A DNA stretch of 64,000 nt, taken from NCBI GenBank assembly GCA_002269645.1, contig NIVC01001673.1:188632-252631 (forward strand). The letters run 5' to 3'. The position numbers and the translations under genes are program-made. This stretch comes from Macrostomum lignano (taxonomy: Eukaryota). Below are positions 12,961-25,536 of the stretch, in pieces. Within the stretch, counting starts at the first letter, position 1. Every line of letters starts with the position of its first letter. Under the pieces are notes generated by a model, which was not told the DNA's origin, searched no databases, and saw only the letters and a program-made list of their open reading frames with translations.

Positions 12961-13852
12961 AGCAGTGTATATTTGGGTGCAGCTATGAAACTATGCGATC
13001 ATTTCTATGGTAAAGCCTAGTTAGTGCGGCTTTATAAAAACTGCAGAATTCACTTGAAAGAAAATTTGTACACTCGCACTGAAATCGAATATCTATGGCA
13101 GAGAATGGAAGGATTCTTGAACACTAACGAGTGCGAGACTTTGTCCATGGTAAAAATTCACTTAAGTAACATTAGCTAATCTTAAAGGAACGAGTTTTTC
13201 ATTCCTGCACGACCAGACAAATTTATTTTTAGACACAACATATTAACATGAAAGAAGATAAACATCAAAGCGACGAGACAAACGAAGAGCAAACAGTTAA
13301 TGAGTCTACACTCAAATCATTCTCAAACTCCACTCGAAAATGAACTGCACAGCATTTGGTTTCGTCAAGCGTGCACATGGTTTCCGGATCCGAGCTGACA
13401 AGTTACTCTAATTCTTAGTCAAACATGAAATCCACAACCGATCCAGCCTTCATCGCTCGCCTTCTCAAATTTGCTTTAAGCAGCTTCGATAAACAATTCT
13501 TCTTCACTAGATCCACACACTGTTGCGTTGCGCATATCAATTAGTGGAGGACTCTGAGACAAGTCGATTACAGATGCGATCGTTGAAGCTAAGTTGAGCT
13601 TTATAACATTGCCTATAGACTGTCCGTGGTCAAAAGACAATGATCTTTGGCAAACCGTGCGTCTATGACAAAATGCACTCGTTTTTCGTGCGCAGGATTG
13701 TGGGATTGCGCAACTGTCCATGGTTTAAAGAAATGAAAAGAGTACAGAGAAAACGTCAATGATGTCGATGCACTGCCTTCAATTGCATTATATTTCAATT
13801 ATTCGTATATAGCCATACCAGAACTTACATTGAAAACTAACAGAAACAACAT

Positions 13853-14221
13853 GGGGCCGTAGCCCAGTGGTCAAGTGTGGTGCTCTGATGTGCCAGCGGC
13901 CCAGGCTCGATTCCAAGTGCAGTCACATTAATTTGGGGCTAAATTGGAATCTCGGCTTGGGTCAGCTCATGCAATTAACGCACGACGCCCCCAAGCTCCA
14001 AGGCACAGTGAATGAAGTGTACATTCCTAATGATAAAAAAGTTAGGGCCGCTGTACACTCCTATGTGAGTGTGTGCCTGTGCATATCCGCACGCTTGTGT
14101 GCCTGCTCAGGGGAGTCAGCGGAATGGGCAGCAATGCCGCTCGCCGGTTGGGTGACAATGTCGCTTAAAGTGCGCCAGGGTGCACACAGCCCCCAGCCTT
14201 TAACTAAAACAAAAACAACAT
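13853..14221 (+). mobile_element. tRNA-derived SINE, ~360 bp
   Basis: 5' GGGGCCG-TAGCCCAGTGG (A box), GGCTCGATTCC (B box), A-rich 3' tail; aaacaacat repeated at 13844-13852 and 14213-14221 as a candidate TSD. Confidence 0.6.
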
Positions 14222-15030
14222 AAAATTCGGCTCAGTAGTCGGTTCTCAAAATTAGAAAAATTAATTTGTTAAAAATGCTCTACCAACACAGCACAGCGGA
14301 ACGCGGCGTTGCATATGATTAAAATACCTGATAGGAGCTCAGTAGTAGAAAAATGGTACGGTCTGCCGCACGTCGCTGATTGGCTGGGGCAGGCCGCAGG
14401 TGGGGTGGGGTAGGCCAGAGGCGGGGTGCGGCAGGATAGAGGGGGTCGAGCAGGCTGGGGGTGAGGTGAGGTAGGATGGAAGAAGGATGGGGCAGCCCAG
14501 AGGTGGGGTTGGACAGGAGGGGTGGGGAAAGCCAGAGGAGGGGTCAGGCAGGTGAGTGTCTGGAAGTGGGTGAGTGTCCATGGGTTGAGTGTCATTCACC
14601 CGTGTGTGGTGAGGGGTTTCAATGTGGTTTCAATGTGATTGGTCGGAAAGGGGCATGTGGTTCGCAACTGCATAGAGGTGCCGATGACTTGGAATTTCCG
14701 AGTAGTGGAAGGGCCTACGGAAGGGTTCGATTTCTGAGTAGAGAGGGGTTTCTATTGGTTGGCAGGCTTTGGTATCAGGGGTTCGGAGTCGGACCCAACG
14801 CGGAAGGGCTCTATATAAACAAAGTACCCGAGGCTCCTTGTGTTCATACAATTTTTTTGATAAAATCATGCGTTTAGCAAACAGTGGAATGTCTGTCTTG
14901 CAACGAAAGGATTGCCAACAGCAATCACTTTATGCTGACCGAACCCTCTCGTCCGACCTGGGGTTTACCGAAGTGAAGACAGTGCCACAGCGGTATGGCA
15001 ACCAGTCAGCTAAATTATAATCAAGCGCAG

Positions 15031-16394
15031 GCCGCGGTTGCTGTTCCGCCCGAACTTCACCCAGTACTCGGGCTACCTGACCTCCAGCAGCGGCAGCGGC
15101 GGCAGCCGGCGCCTCTTCTACTGGCTGGTCGAGAGCTCCCACGTGGACGCCTCGACGGCTCCTCTCGTGCTGTGGATGAACGGCTCCTCGGTCGGCGGCC
15201 TGCTCATGACGAACGGGCCGTTCCTGGCGAACGACCGCGCCGAGCTGGAGCGCAACGACTTCGCGTGGAACCGGCTGGCCAACGTGCTGTACATCGACTC
15301 GCCCAGCGGTGTCGGCCTGAGCGAGCCCGGACCCACCGACCCGACCGAGCTCAACGATAACGCGACCACGCGGCTGAACCTGGGAGCGCTGCTCCACTTC
15401 TACAGCCTGTTCCCCGAGTACCGAGGCCGGGCCTTCTACATCGCGGAAGAGAGCTACGCGGGGATCTACATCCCGCTGCTGGCCAGCGCCATCATCGACG
15501 GCGGGCACCGTCCCGGCCTCATCAACCTGAAGGGCATCGCCGTGGGCAACGGCCTGCACATGCCGTACAATGACTCGGTCTTTGAATCGCACCGCAGAGC
15601 CCTGACGGACGCAATGGGCATCAGCTACTCGTACAGAGGGTCCAGTGTCATGAAGACGGTATCAAAGTTTCTATCATCTGTTCAAATTTGTTTGCATGCT
15701 TCAGAACAAACAGCGCACCATGCCGCAATATACATGTATTCTCCTGAAGGACTCCCGCCGAGTGAACCCGTACAACATCGCCCAGCGGTGCTACAGCGAC
15801 GGGCAGCTGGACAACTATCTCTACCTAAACTCCACGGGTCTCACGAGCTTCTTGAACGACGCTGACGCTCGAGTAGCTCTTGGCGTCAACGAAAATTTTG
15901 CTGTGAATTTTACCATCTGCAACGACACATTGTTTAGTGAGTATATCCAGTCTGTGCGAGACGTCCTGGGTGAGTTTCAGAGCCTAGCGAATCACAACGT
16001 GCCGGTGCTGTTGTACACCGGAGTCCTGGACTACATGCTGCCCGTGGGGTTGACGCTGCAGCTGCTGGAGCGGCTGCCCCCGGACCCAGTCAGCCGTCAG
16101 GACCCCTGGTTCTGGTGTCTGAGAAAGCCGGGCTACGGACTGCAGATCGGAGGCATCCAGAGGTCCTACCTGGGTGGCCGAATCAGGTACCGGACGATGA
16201 TTGGCACCGGACACTTCGTGGCGACGGACCGGCCGGAGATCGGGCTGCAGCTGGTGCAGGACCTGCTGACTGCGGGACTTGGGCACTCGACAACTGAGAG
16301 CTGCATTGCCACCGCTGCTTCAGTTGACTGGGACTCAAATTTGGGTTGGCGATTTGCCGGGTTAAATTTTTACGATTGTTCTGCTGCCTGTTAG
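15031..16394 (+). pseudogene. Serine carboxypeptidase S10, copy B-left (no signal peptide seen, GPGC deleted); exons ~15031-15658 and 15750-16394
   Basis: The 5' part is near-identical to copy A exon 1 but reads WMNGSSVGG instead of WMNGGPGCSSVGG. EESYAG; VNPYN; LYTGVLD; GTGHFV. Donor ACG|GTATCA at 15659 and acceptor GAAG|GAC at 15750, both phase 0. Could be a pseudoenzyme rather than a dead gene. Confidence 0.7.
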
Positions 16395-16990
16395 TTTTAA
16401 ATTAGGGAGAGCCTTAAAATTACACGTACGAAAAAGTTGTTGTCAAGCCTCGTAAACCGCGTTTACTGCGCTCAATTCAGTCGAAACCAATACTTGATTC
16501 TGTCAGTAGCTTTTTTTGTAAGAAACGATTACTGTACTGTCATTTTGACCCACGGAAGTGGCGAAAAGTTTTGCTGCAAAAATGTGAAATTGCATCTGCG
16601 GCCATCACAGGTTTCTACGAATCCGAGGCTCATCAAACGCTTTGTAGCAGGATGCAACGGCAGATTGCGAGCTCATCGTGTGTTCAAAAGTATTTCAGCT
16701 GATGCGGAACCGTTCAATCCTGGACTTGGCTTTTGATTTCCAATTGGGATCTGGATGCTGAGTGATAAAAACACCAGGATGAATCTGGGGGCCAGAGGGA
16801 TCGGGAGAAGTACCCAGCCAATCCCACGGGTGCCCTGGGGAGTTTTCGGATTCCCAGGCACATCTATGAATATCTAAACAGAACACTTTTGCTGACAGCT
16901 CCTTGCCAAGCCAAACCGAGCTCTGTCCCGCTGGCTGCACTTCTTCAGGCAGAAACCGAATACACCAAGGGCTGAAGAGACGACTAGGAA

Positions 16991-19472
16991 ATGTCGGCCG
17001 GGAAGGCCATGGCGGCGGCCATCGCTGACAGCAGCGCGCACGGCATCAGCCGGGCTGTGGGCGCCCGCTCGACGACTTTGAAGGTGATGTGGACAGTCCT
17101 GTTCCTGCTGTTCCTCGCCCTGTGCTGCAAGAGCGCCTCCACGCTCATCAGCAGGCTCATCAACATCACCGTGGTGCGGACTTACGAGTCTGACAAGGTG
17201 CCGTTCGAGTTTCCGGACATCTACTTCTGCCCGAGCCTCATCTACTCTGGCAGCATACCCTACACTCTCAAGGAGGCCGAGGCCAAGGTGGTTAATGATG
17301 AAGTTGAGAGGCTGAGCCGGCTATATGACAGGCTGTACTGCAGCAAGAGCGCGGAATTCTGCACCCACGGAGAGAAGGCCACATTTCGCCGGGTGTCCCG
17401 GATCCAGCTGTCCATGCCGGTGCACATCCTCAACCGCTACCTGCTGCAGCAGGAGAACCAGTCCTTCCTCACCTGGCCCTACGTTCGCTACCAGTCTTAC
17501 AGCACCAGCAGCAGGTACGCCGCCAGGACTGTCTTCATCCACCCCGACAACCGGATCTGCTACAAGATCTCGGTGTCCGCGGAGAGCCTGGAGAGCCTCA
17601 GCTACAAGCGATCCGTCCTGCTCTCCTGGCTTCTTGTCGATCCGCACTATTCCGATTTCACCTTCACCGGAGTGGAGGTAAAGCCCATTGTGAACCGGTT
17701 CCTCAACAAGAGCGTCCCGTTCCAGAACTGGCAGTCCATAGACGGCTACCACAGCATCACCAGCCTGGGTTACACCCTGCAGGTGGTGCCAGAGGCACTT
17801 ATCCATCTCTGATGCACGAAGCCAAGCTGGGCCTGGCCGCCGGCAGGTCCTACCACGTCTCCATCGACATGGAGGAGACAGTCCACAGCCACGAGCTCAA
17901 CGGCAAGTACTGCAACCCCAAGCAGGAAGTTGCTATCTTTCAGAACCAGCTAACCGGCGAAAGGCAGGAGTTCAAGAGCAGCCAGCGTCTTGCTTCTACA
18001 CTCAGATGAACCTCCTGCTGCAGAAGGAGTTCCAATTTGTGTTCTCTCTGTACCGAAGCCGTGGAGCCAGAGAGACGTGCCCAGGTTTGAGAACATGACG
18101 GGAGATCGAGATGACGAAGGCCGCCATCGAGAATGTCTCCCTGTACGACGTGAGGAAGTTCATCGACATCCACACTCAGCACATCACCGACTATTGCAAG
18201 AAGGAACAGCCGTGTGAGTTCACTGAGTACAGCGCGACCTCGACGTCTGTGAAGTGGCCACGGGCGAGCAGAGCTCTGGCCGACTTCCTTGTCAACGAAT
18301 ACCCCGACTGGTACACCGACATGGGCCGGCCCGCCACCCGCAGGCTGGTGGATCTGTCGAGGCAAATCCAGTCCGGTGAGTTGTGCTCATGCTCTAGACT
18401 GAGGCAAATCCAGTTCGGTGAGTTGTTCTCATGCTCTAGACTAAGGCAAATCCAGTCCGGTGAGTTGTTCTCATGCTCTAGACTGAGGCAAATCCAGTCT
18501 GGTGAGTTGTGCTCATGCTATAGATTGAGGCAAATCCAGTCCGGTGAGTTGTGCTCATGCTCTAGACTGAGGCAAATCCAGTCCGGTGAGTTGTTCTCAT
18601 GCTCTAGACTGAGGCAAATCCAGTTCGGTAAGTTGTTCTCATGCTCTAGACTGAGGCAAATCCAGTTCGGTGAGTTGTTCTCATGCTCTAGACTGAGGCA
18701 AATCCAGTTCGGTGAGTTGTGCTCATGCTCTAGACTGAGGCAAATCCAGTTCGGTGAGTTGTTCTCATGCTCTAGACTGAGGCAAATCCAGTTCGGTGAG
18801 TTGTTCTCATGCTCTAGACTGAGGCAAATCCAGTTCGGTGAGTTGTGCTCATGCTCTAGACTGAGGCAAATCCAGTTCGGTGAGTTGTTCTCATGCTCTA
18901 GACTGAGGCAAATCCAGTTCGGTGAGTTGTTCTCATGCTCTAGACTGAGGCAAATCCAGTTCGGTGAGTTGTTCTCATGCTCTAGACTGAGGCAAATCAA
19001 GACTACCATCAAGGCATCTCTAGGCTCCTGAATCTCTCAGATTGAGTCAGTTTCGTCAGCTTAAGAGCACAACTCAGAGAGTAGGTTCACCCTGAGCAGC
19101 CGTTGCTTTGCTTTAACCGCAGATAATCACTCCAGCCACACCGAGTCAATGTTCCGGCACTACGTCACCGAGGCCATGATCGAGGTGTACATCTCCGTGA
19201 AGAGCCATCGGTCATCGAGGATTGTCATCGCCTACTCCTACTCGTGGGTGGCCTTCCTGGCTGACATCGGCGGCCTCCTTGGCCTGTACATCGGCTGCAG
19301 CCTGCTGACCCTGTGCGAGCTGCTGGAGCTGGCCTACCACCTGGTGAACGGCGCGGTGGCAGCGCGAAGGACCGCCAAAAGCCGGAGATGCAACTCTGTG
19401 GAGATCCCGGAGGGCCGGCAGCGGCAGGCGGAAAGCGCGGCCCCGGATGTGGGAGCGGCTGAACGCGTTTGA
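16991..19472 (+). CDS. DEG/ENaC (amiloride-sensitive sodium channel family) subunit, left copy; exons 16991-18375 and 19123-19472; ~578 aa after correcting four homopolymer indels
   Basis: SAHG pre-TM1 motif, TM1 VMWTVLFLLFLALCC, FPDIYFCP, PCEFTEYSATSTSVKWP, TM2 FLADIGGLLGLYIGCSLLTLCELLE (GxS filter). Phase-1 intron TCCG|GTGAGT ... CCGCAG|AT. Indels near 17788, 17981, 18053 and 18101 are each absent from the mirror copy. Confidence 0.9.
18359..18999 (+). repeat. 42-bp tandem array duplicating the ENaC exon end plus the 5' splice donor, 15 full units
   Basis: Unit gaggcaaatccagtYcg|gtgagttgtKctcatgctctagact; GT donors every 42 nt from 18376 to 18964. Confidence 0.95.
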
Positions 19473-19919
19473 TGAGGCCGCATCGATTCAATGACAGCTT
19501 CTAATGAGTAAAACAGTTCTCATTTCATGCTGGAAAATTTTAGTTAATCAGTAGCAAACAGACTGCTTAGTGGTCCTTGACTGCATGGCATATCCGATCT
19601 CAGAGTATTACACAACCTACGTGATTCTCGCTTTTTAAATCAGCTCTCATGCTACGAGCAAGATTATCTCCCTAATCCTGAGCACGTGATCTCCGCTGCC
19701 GGAGACAGAGTGCTCGGAGTCTCCAAAAAATCGCTTTACTGAAACCTCAGCTCTCAGAGTTCCCGGAGGTATGCAGATTTAATCTCGCATAGGATTCCCT
19801 CATCTCGGTGTGCTGCTGCTTGCATTAATTAATAAAGACATTGTCAAGCATCGCACACTCGGCAGACTTCTCTTGGAGCTCTATTTTTCCTGCTCAAACA
19901 CTGGCTGTTGCGACAGAGG

Positions 19920-20046
19920 GACAGGCAGACAGACAGACAGACAGGCAGACAGACAGACAGACAGACGAACACCAAGACAGCCAGACAGACACTAAGACAG
20001 GCAGACAAACAGACAGACAAACACCAAGACAGCCAGACAGACACTA

Positions 20047-20081
<35 letters not shown>

Positions 20082-20134
20082 CACCAAGACAGGCAGACAG
20101 ACATACAGACACTAAGACAGACAGACAGACACTA

Positions 20135-20200
<66 letters not shown>

Positions 20201-20202
20201 GC

Positions 20203-20260
<58 letters not shown>

Positions 20261-20329
20261 GCAGACAGACAGACAGAAGACAGACAGACAGACAGACAGC
20301 CAGACAGACAGACAGACAGACAGACAGCC

Positions 20330-20380
<51 letters not shown>

Positions 20381-20385
20381 AGACA
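19920..20385 (+). repeat. (GACA)n microsatellite with derived CACCAAGACA / CACTAAGACA variants
   Basis: Direct reading; mirror at 21535-22017. Confidence 0.95.
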
Positions 20386-20744
20386 AATTTGCCATACGCA
20401 AACTGAGTTATTAAAAGTACAAATTGTTCGATCTTGCGCGATTGCACTCCGGCACTCATCTGCAGACTAAATAAACAAGAAGGCCTTGCAACATCAACAG
20501 GTAGGCAACAGCAGCGAGGATCAGCAACTTTTCTGTGCTACAGAAAAAACAATTTTATACAGAGTTGATGCAGCTTTCGGCTTTAATTATTAGAATTTAT
20601 TCAACTCGCCAAGGACAGCTAAAGTACAACGCCACGCTGCGTTTCGCTGGAGGCCGGGTTTTGAATGCAAAATACATTAGCGAGATCGCACTAAATCCCT
20701 TTATACGAGTATCTACCTTTTGCATTTCAAAATCGCAAACGAGG

Positions 20745-21071
20745 NNNNNNNNNNNNNNNNNNNNNNNNNNNNNNNNNNNNNNNNNNNNNNNNNNNNNNNN
20801 NNNNNNNNNNNNNNNNNNNNNNNNNNNNNNNNNNNNNNNNNNNNNNNNNNNNNNNNNNNNNNNNNNNNNNNNNNNNNNNNNNNNNNNNNNNNNNNNNNNN
20901 NNNNNNNNNNNNNNNNNNNNNNNNNNNNNNNNNNNNNNNNNNNNNNNNNNNNNNNNNNNNNNNNNNNNNNNNNNNNNNNNNNNNNNNNNNNNNNNNNNNN
21001 NNNNNNNNNNNNNNNNNNNNNNNNNNNNNNNNNNNNNNNNNNNNNNNNNNNNNNNNNNNNNNNNNNNNNNN
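20745..21071. other. Assembly gap (327 N) at the palindrome centre
   Basis: Run of N; 21072-21177 has no visible partner, which would fall inside the gap. Confidence 0.99.
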
Positions 21072-21534
21072 GCAGAAAATTTCGCTGTGACTTTGCTTGC
21101 ATGCCCGTGTCCAGTAGTATATAGCGTTTCAGGAAAAGAATGAATTGCGACTGCAGCTTAGACGGAACTCGCGCTTGCCTCGTTTGCGATTTTGAAATGC
21201 AAAAGGTAGATACTCGTATAAAGGGATTTAGTGCGATCTCGCTAATGTATTTTGCATTCAAAACCCGGCCTCCAGCGAAACGCAGCGTGGCGTTGTACTT
21301 TAGCTGTCCTTGGCGAGTTGAATAAATTCTAATAATTAAAGCCGAAAGCTGCATCAACTCTGTATAAAATTGTTTTTTCTGTAGCACAGAAAAGTTGCTG
21401 ATCCTCGCTGCTGTTGCCTACCTGTTGATGTTGCAAGGCCTTCTTGTTTATTTAGTCTGCAGATGAGTGCCGGAGTGCAATCGCGCAAGATCGAACAATT
21501 TGTACTTTTAATAACTCAGTTTGCGTATGGCAAA

Positions 21535-21593
<59 letters not shown>

Positions 21594-21624
21594 GGCTGTC
21601 TGTCTGTCTGTCTGTCTGTCTGGC

Positions 21625-21669
<45 letters not shown>

Positions 21670-21671
21670 GC

Positions 21672-21733
<62 letters not shown>

Positions 21734-21735
21734 GC

Positions 21736-21801
<66 letters not shown>

Positions 21802-21854
21802 TAGTGTCTGTCTGTCTGTCTTAGTGTCTGTATGTCTGTCTGCCTGTCTTGGTG

Positions 21855-21889
<35 letters not shown>

Positions 21890-22017
21890 TAGTGTCTGTC
21901 TGGCTGTCTTGGTGTTTGTCTGTCTGTTTGTCTGCCTGTCTTAGTGTCTGTCTGGCTGTCTTGGTGTTCGTCTGTCTGTCTGTCTGTCTGCCTGTCTGTC
22001 TGTCTGTCTGCCTGTCC
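21535..22017 (-). repeat. (GACA)n microsatellite, mirror copy
   Basis: (TGTC)n on the plus strand. Confidence 0.95.
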
Positions 22018-22463
22018 CTCTGTCGCAACAGCCAGTGTTTGAGCAGGAAAAATAGAGCTCCAAGAGAAGTCTGCCGAGTGTGCGATGCTTGACAATGTCT
22101 TTATTAATTAATGCAAGCAGCAGCACACCGAGATGAGGGAATCCTATGCGAGATTAAATCTGCATACCTCCGGGAACTCTGAGAGCTGAGGTTTCAGTAA
22201 AGCGATTTTTTGGAGACTCCGAGCACTCTGTCTCCGGCAGCGGAGATCACGTGCTCAGGATTAGGGAGATAATCTTGCTCGTAGCATGAGAGCTGATTTA
22301 AAAAGCGAGAATCACGTAGGTTGTGTAATACTCTGAGATCGGATATGCCATGCAGTCAAGGACCACTAAGCAGTCTGTTTGCTACTGATTAACTAAAATT
22401 TTCCAGCATGAAATGAGAACTGTTTTACTCATTAGAAGCTGTCATTGAATCGATGCGGCCTCA

Positions 22464-24940
22464 TCAAACGCGTTCAGCCGCTCCCACATCCGGGGCCGCG
22501 CTTTCCGCCTGCCGCTGCCGGCCCTCCGGGATCTCCACAGAGTTGCATCTCCGGCTTTTGGCGGTCCTTCGCGCTGCCACCGCGCCGTTCACCAGGTGGT
22601 AGGCCAGCTCCAGCAGCTCGCACAGGGTCAGCAGGCTGCAGCCGATGTACAGGCCAAGGAGGCCGCCGATGTCAGCCAGGAAGGCCACCCACGAGTAGGA
22701 GTAGGCGATGACAATCCTCGATGACCGATGGCTCTTCACGGAGATGTACACCTCGATCATGGCCTCGGTGACGTAGTGCCGGAACATTGACTCGGTGTGG
22801 CTGGAGTGATTATCTGCGGTTAAAGCAAAGCAACGGCTGCTCAGGGTGAACCTACTCTCTGAGTTGTGCTCTTAAGCTGACGAAACTGACTCAATCTGAG
22901 AGATTCAGGAGCCTAGAGATGCCTTGATGGTAGTCTTGATTTGCCTCAGTCTAGAGCATGAGAACAACTCACCGAACTGGATTTGCCTCAGTCTAGAGCA
23001 TGAGAACAACTCACCGAACTGGATTTGCCTCAGTCTAGAGCATGAGAACAACTCACCGAACTGGATTTGCCTCAGTCTAGAGCATGAGCACAACTCACCG
23101 AACTGGATTTGCCTCAGTCTAGAGCATGAGAACAACTCACCGAACTGGATTTGCCTCAGTCTAGAGCATGAGAACAACTCACCGAACTGGATTTGCCTCA
23201 GTCTAGAGCATGAGCACAACTCACCGAACTGGATTTGCCTCAGTCTAGAGCATGAGAACAACTCACCGAACTGGATTTGCCTCAGTCTAGAGCATGAGAA
23301 CAACTTACCGAACTGGATTTGCCTCAGTCTAGAGCATGAGAACAACTCACCGGACTGGATTTGCCTCAGTCTAGAGCATGAGCACAACTCACCGGACTGG
23401 ATTTGCCTCAATCTATAGCATGAGCACAACTCACCAGACTGGATTTGCCTCAGTCTAGAGCATGAGAACAACTCACCGGACTGGATTTGCCTTAGTCTAG
23501 AGCATGAGAACAACTCACCGAACTGGATTTGCCTCAGTCTAGAGCATGAGCACAACTCACCGGACTGGATTTGCCTCGACAGATCCACCAGCCTGCGGGT
23601 GGCGGGCGGCCCATGTCGGTGTACCAGTCGGGGTATTCGTTGACAAGGAAGTCGGCCAGAGCTCTGCTCGCCCGTGGCCACTTCACAGACGTCGAGGTCG
23701 CGCTGTACTCAGTGAACTCACACGGCTGTTCCTTCTTGCAATAGTCGGTGATGTGCTGAGTGTGGATGTCGATGAACTTCCTCACGTCGTACAGGGAGAC
23801 ATTCTCGATGGCGGCCTTCGTCATCTCGATCTCCGTCATGTTCTCAAACCTGGGCACGTCTCTCTGGCTCCACGGCTTCGGGTACAGAGAGAACACAAAT
23901 TGGAACTCCTTCTGCAGCAGGAGGTTCATCTGAGTGTAGAAGCAAGACGCTGGGCTGCTCTTGAACTCCTGCCTTTCGCCGTTAGCTGGTTCTGAAAGAT
24001 AGCAACTTCCTGCTTGGGGTTGCAGTACTTGCCGTTGAGCTCGTGCTGTGGACTGTCTCCTCCATGTCGATGGAGACGTGGTAGGACCTGCCGGCGGCCA
24101 GGCCCAGCTTGGCTTCGTGCATCAGAGATGGATAAGTGCCTCTGGGCACCACCTGCAGGGTGTAACCCAGGCTGGTGATGCTGTGGTAGCCGTCTATGGA
24201 CTGCCAGTTCTGGAACGGGACGCTCTTGTTGAGGAACCGGTTCACAATGGGCTTTACCTCCACTCCGGTGAAGGTGAAATCGGAATAGTGCGGATCGACA
24301 AGAAGCCAGGAGAGCAGGACGGATCGCTTGTAGCTGAGGCTCTCCAGGCTCTCCGCGGACACCGAGATCTTGTAGCAGAATCCGGTTGTCGGGTGGATGA
24401 AGACAGTCTGGCGGCGTACCTGCTGCTGGTGCTGTAAGACTGGTAGCGAACGTAGGCCAGGTGAGGAAGGACTGGTTCTCCTGCTGCAGCAGGTAGCGGT
24501 TGAGGATGTGCACCGCATGGACAGCTGGATCCGGGACACCCGGCGAAATGTGGCCTTCTCTCCGTGGGTGCAGAATTCGCGCTCTTGCTGCAGTACAGCC
24601 TGTCATATAGCCGGCTCAGCCTCTCAACTTCATCATTAACCACCTTGGCCTCGGCCTCCTTGAGAGTGTAGGGTATGCTGCCAGAGTAGATGAGGCTCGG
24701 CAGAAGTAGATGTCCGGAAACTCGAACGGCACCTTGTCAGACTCGTAAGTCCGCACCACGGTGATGTTGATGAGGCCTGCTGATGAGCGTGGAGGCGCTC
24801 TTGCAGCACAGGGCGAGGAACAGCAGGAACAGGACTGTCCACATCACCTTCAAAGTCGTCGAGCGGGCGCCCACAGCCCGGCTGATGCCGTGCGCGCTGC
24901 TGTCAGCGATGGCCGCCGCCATGGCCTTCCCGGCCGACAT
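22464..24940 (-). CDS. DEG/ENaC subunit, right copy, with many 1-bp indels in 23.9-24.8 kb
   Basis: Reverse complement of 16991-19472. The same motifs are spread over several frames, and the indels fall at different positions from those in the left copy. Confidence 0.8.
22937..23577 (-). repeat. 42-bp splice-donor array, mirror copy
   Basis: Same order of unit variants as 18359-18999. Confidence 0.95.
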
Positions 24941-25536
24941 TTCCTAGTCGTCTCTTCAGCCCTTGGTGTATTCGGTTTCTGCCTGAAGAAGTGCAGCCAG
25001 CGGGACAGAGCTCGGTTTGGCTTGGCAAGGAGCTGTCAGCAAAAGTGTTCTGTTTAGATATTCATAGATGTGCCTGGGAATCCGAAAACTCCCCAGGGCA
25101 CCCGTGGGATTGGCTGGGTACTTCTCCCGATCCCTCTGGCCCCCAGATTCATCCTGGTGTTTTTATCACTCAGCATCCAGATCCCAATTGGAAATCAAAA
25201 GCCAAGTCCAGGATTGAACGGTTCCGCATCAGCTGAAATACTTTTGAACACACGATGAGCTCGCAATCTGCCGTTGCATCCTGCTACAAAGCGTTTGATG
25301 AGCCTCGGATTCGTAGAAACCTGTGATGGCCGCAGATGCAATTTCACATTTTTGCAGCAAAACTTTTCGCCACTTCCGTGGGTCAAAATGACAGTACAGT
25401 AATCGTTTCTTACAAAAAAAGCTACTGACAGAATCAAGTATTGGTTTCGACTGAATTGAGCGCAGTAAACGCGGTTTACGAGGCTTGACAACAACTTTTT
25501 CGTACGTGTAATTTTAAGGCTCTCCCTAATTTAAAA

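Noticed and set aside
13853-13925. Functional tRNA gene
   Set aside because: A and B boxes are present, but I cannot pair an acceptor stem or a canonical anticodon arm, and it runs into a body and A-tail, so a SINE fits better.
14390-14580. G-rich purine tract with G-quadruplex potential
   Set aside because: Low-complexity sequence with irregular G-runs and no link to a mapped promoter.
15031-19472. Functional coupling of the carboxypeptidase and ENaC (peptide-gated channel plus ligand-degrading enzyme)
   Set aside because: Based on adjacency only; the neighbouring peptidase looks impaired and nothing shows the channel is peptide-gated.
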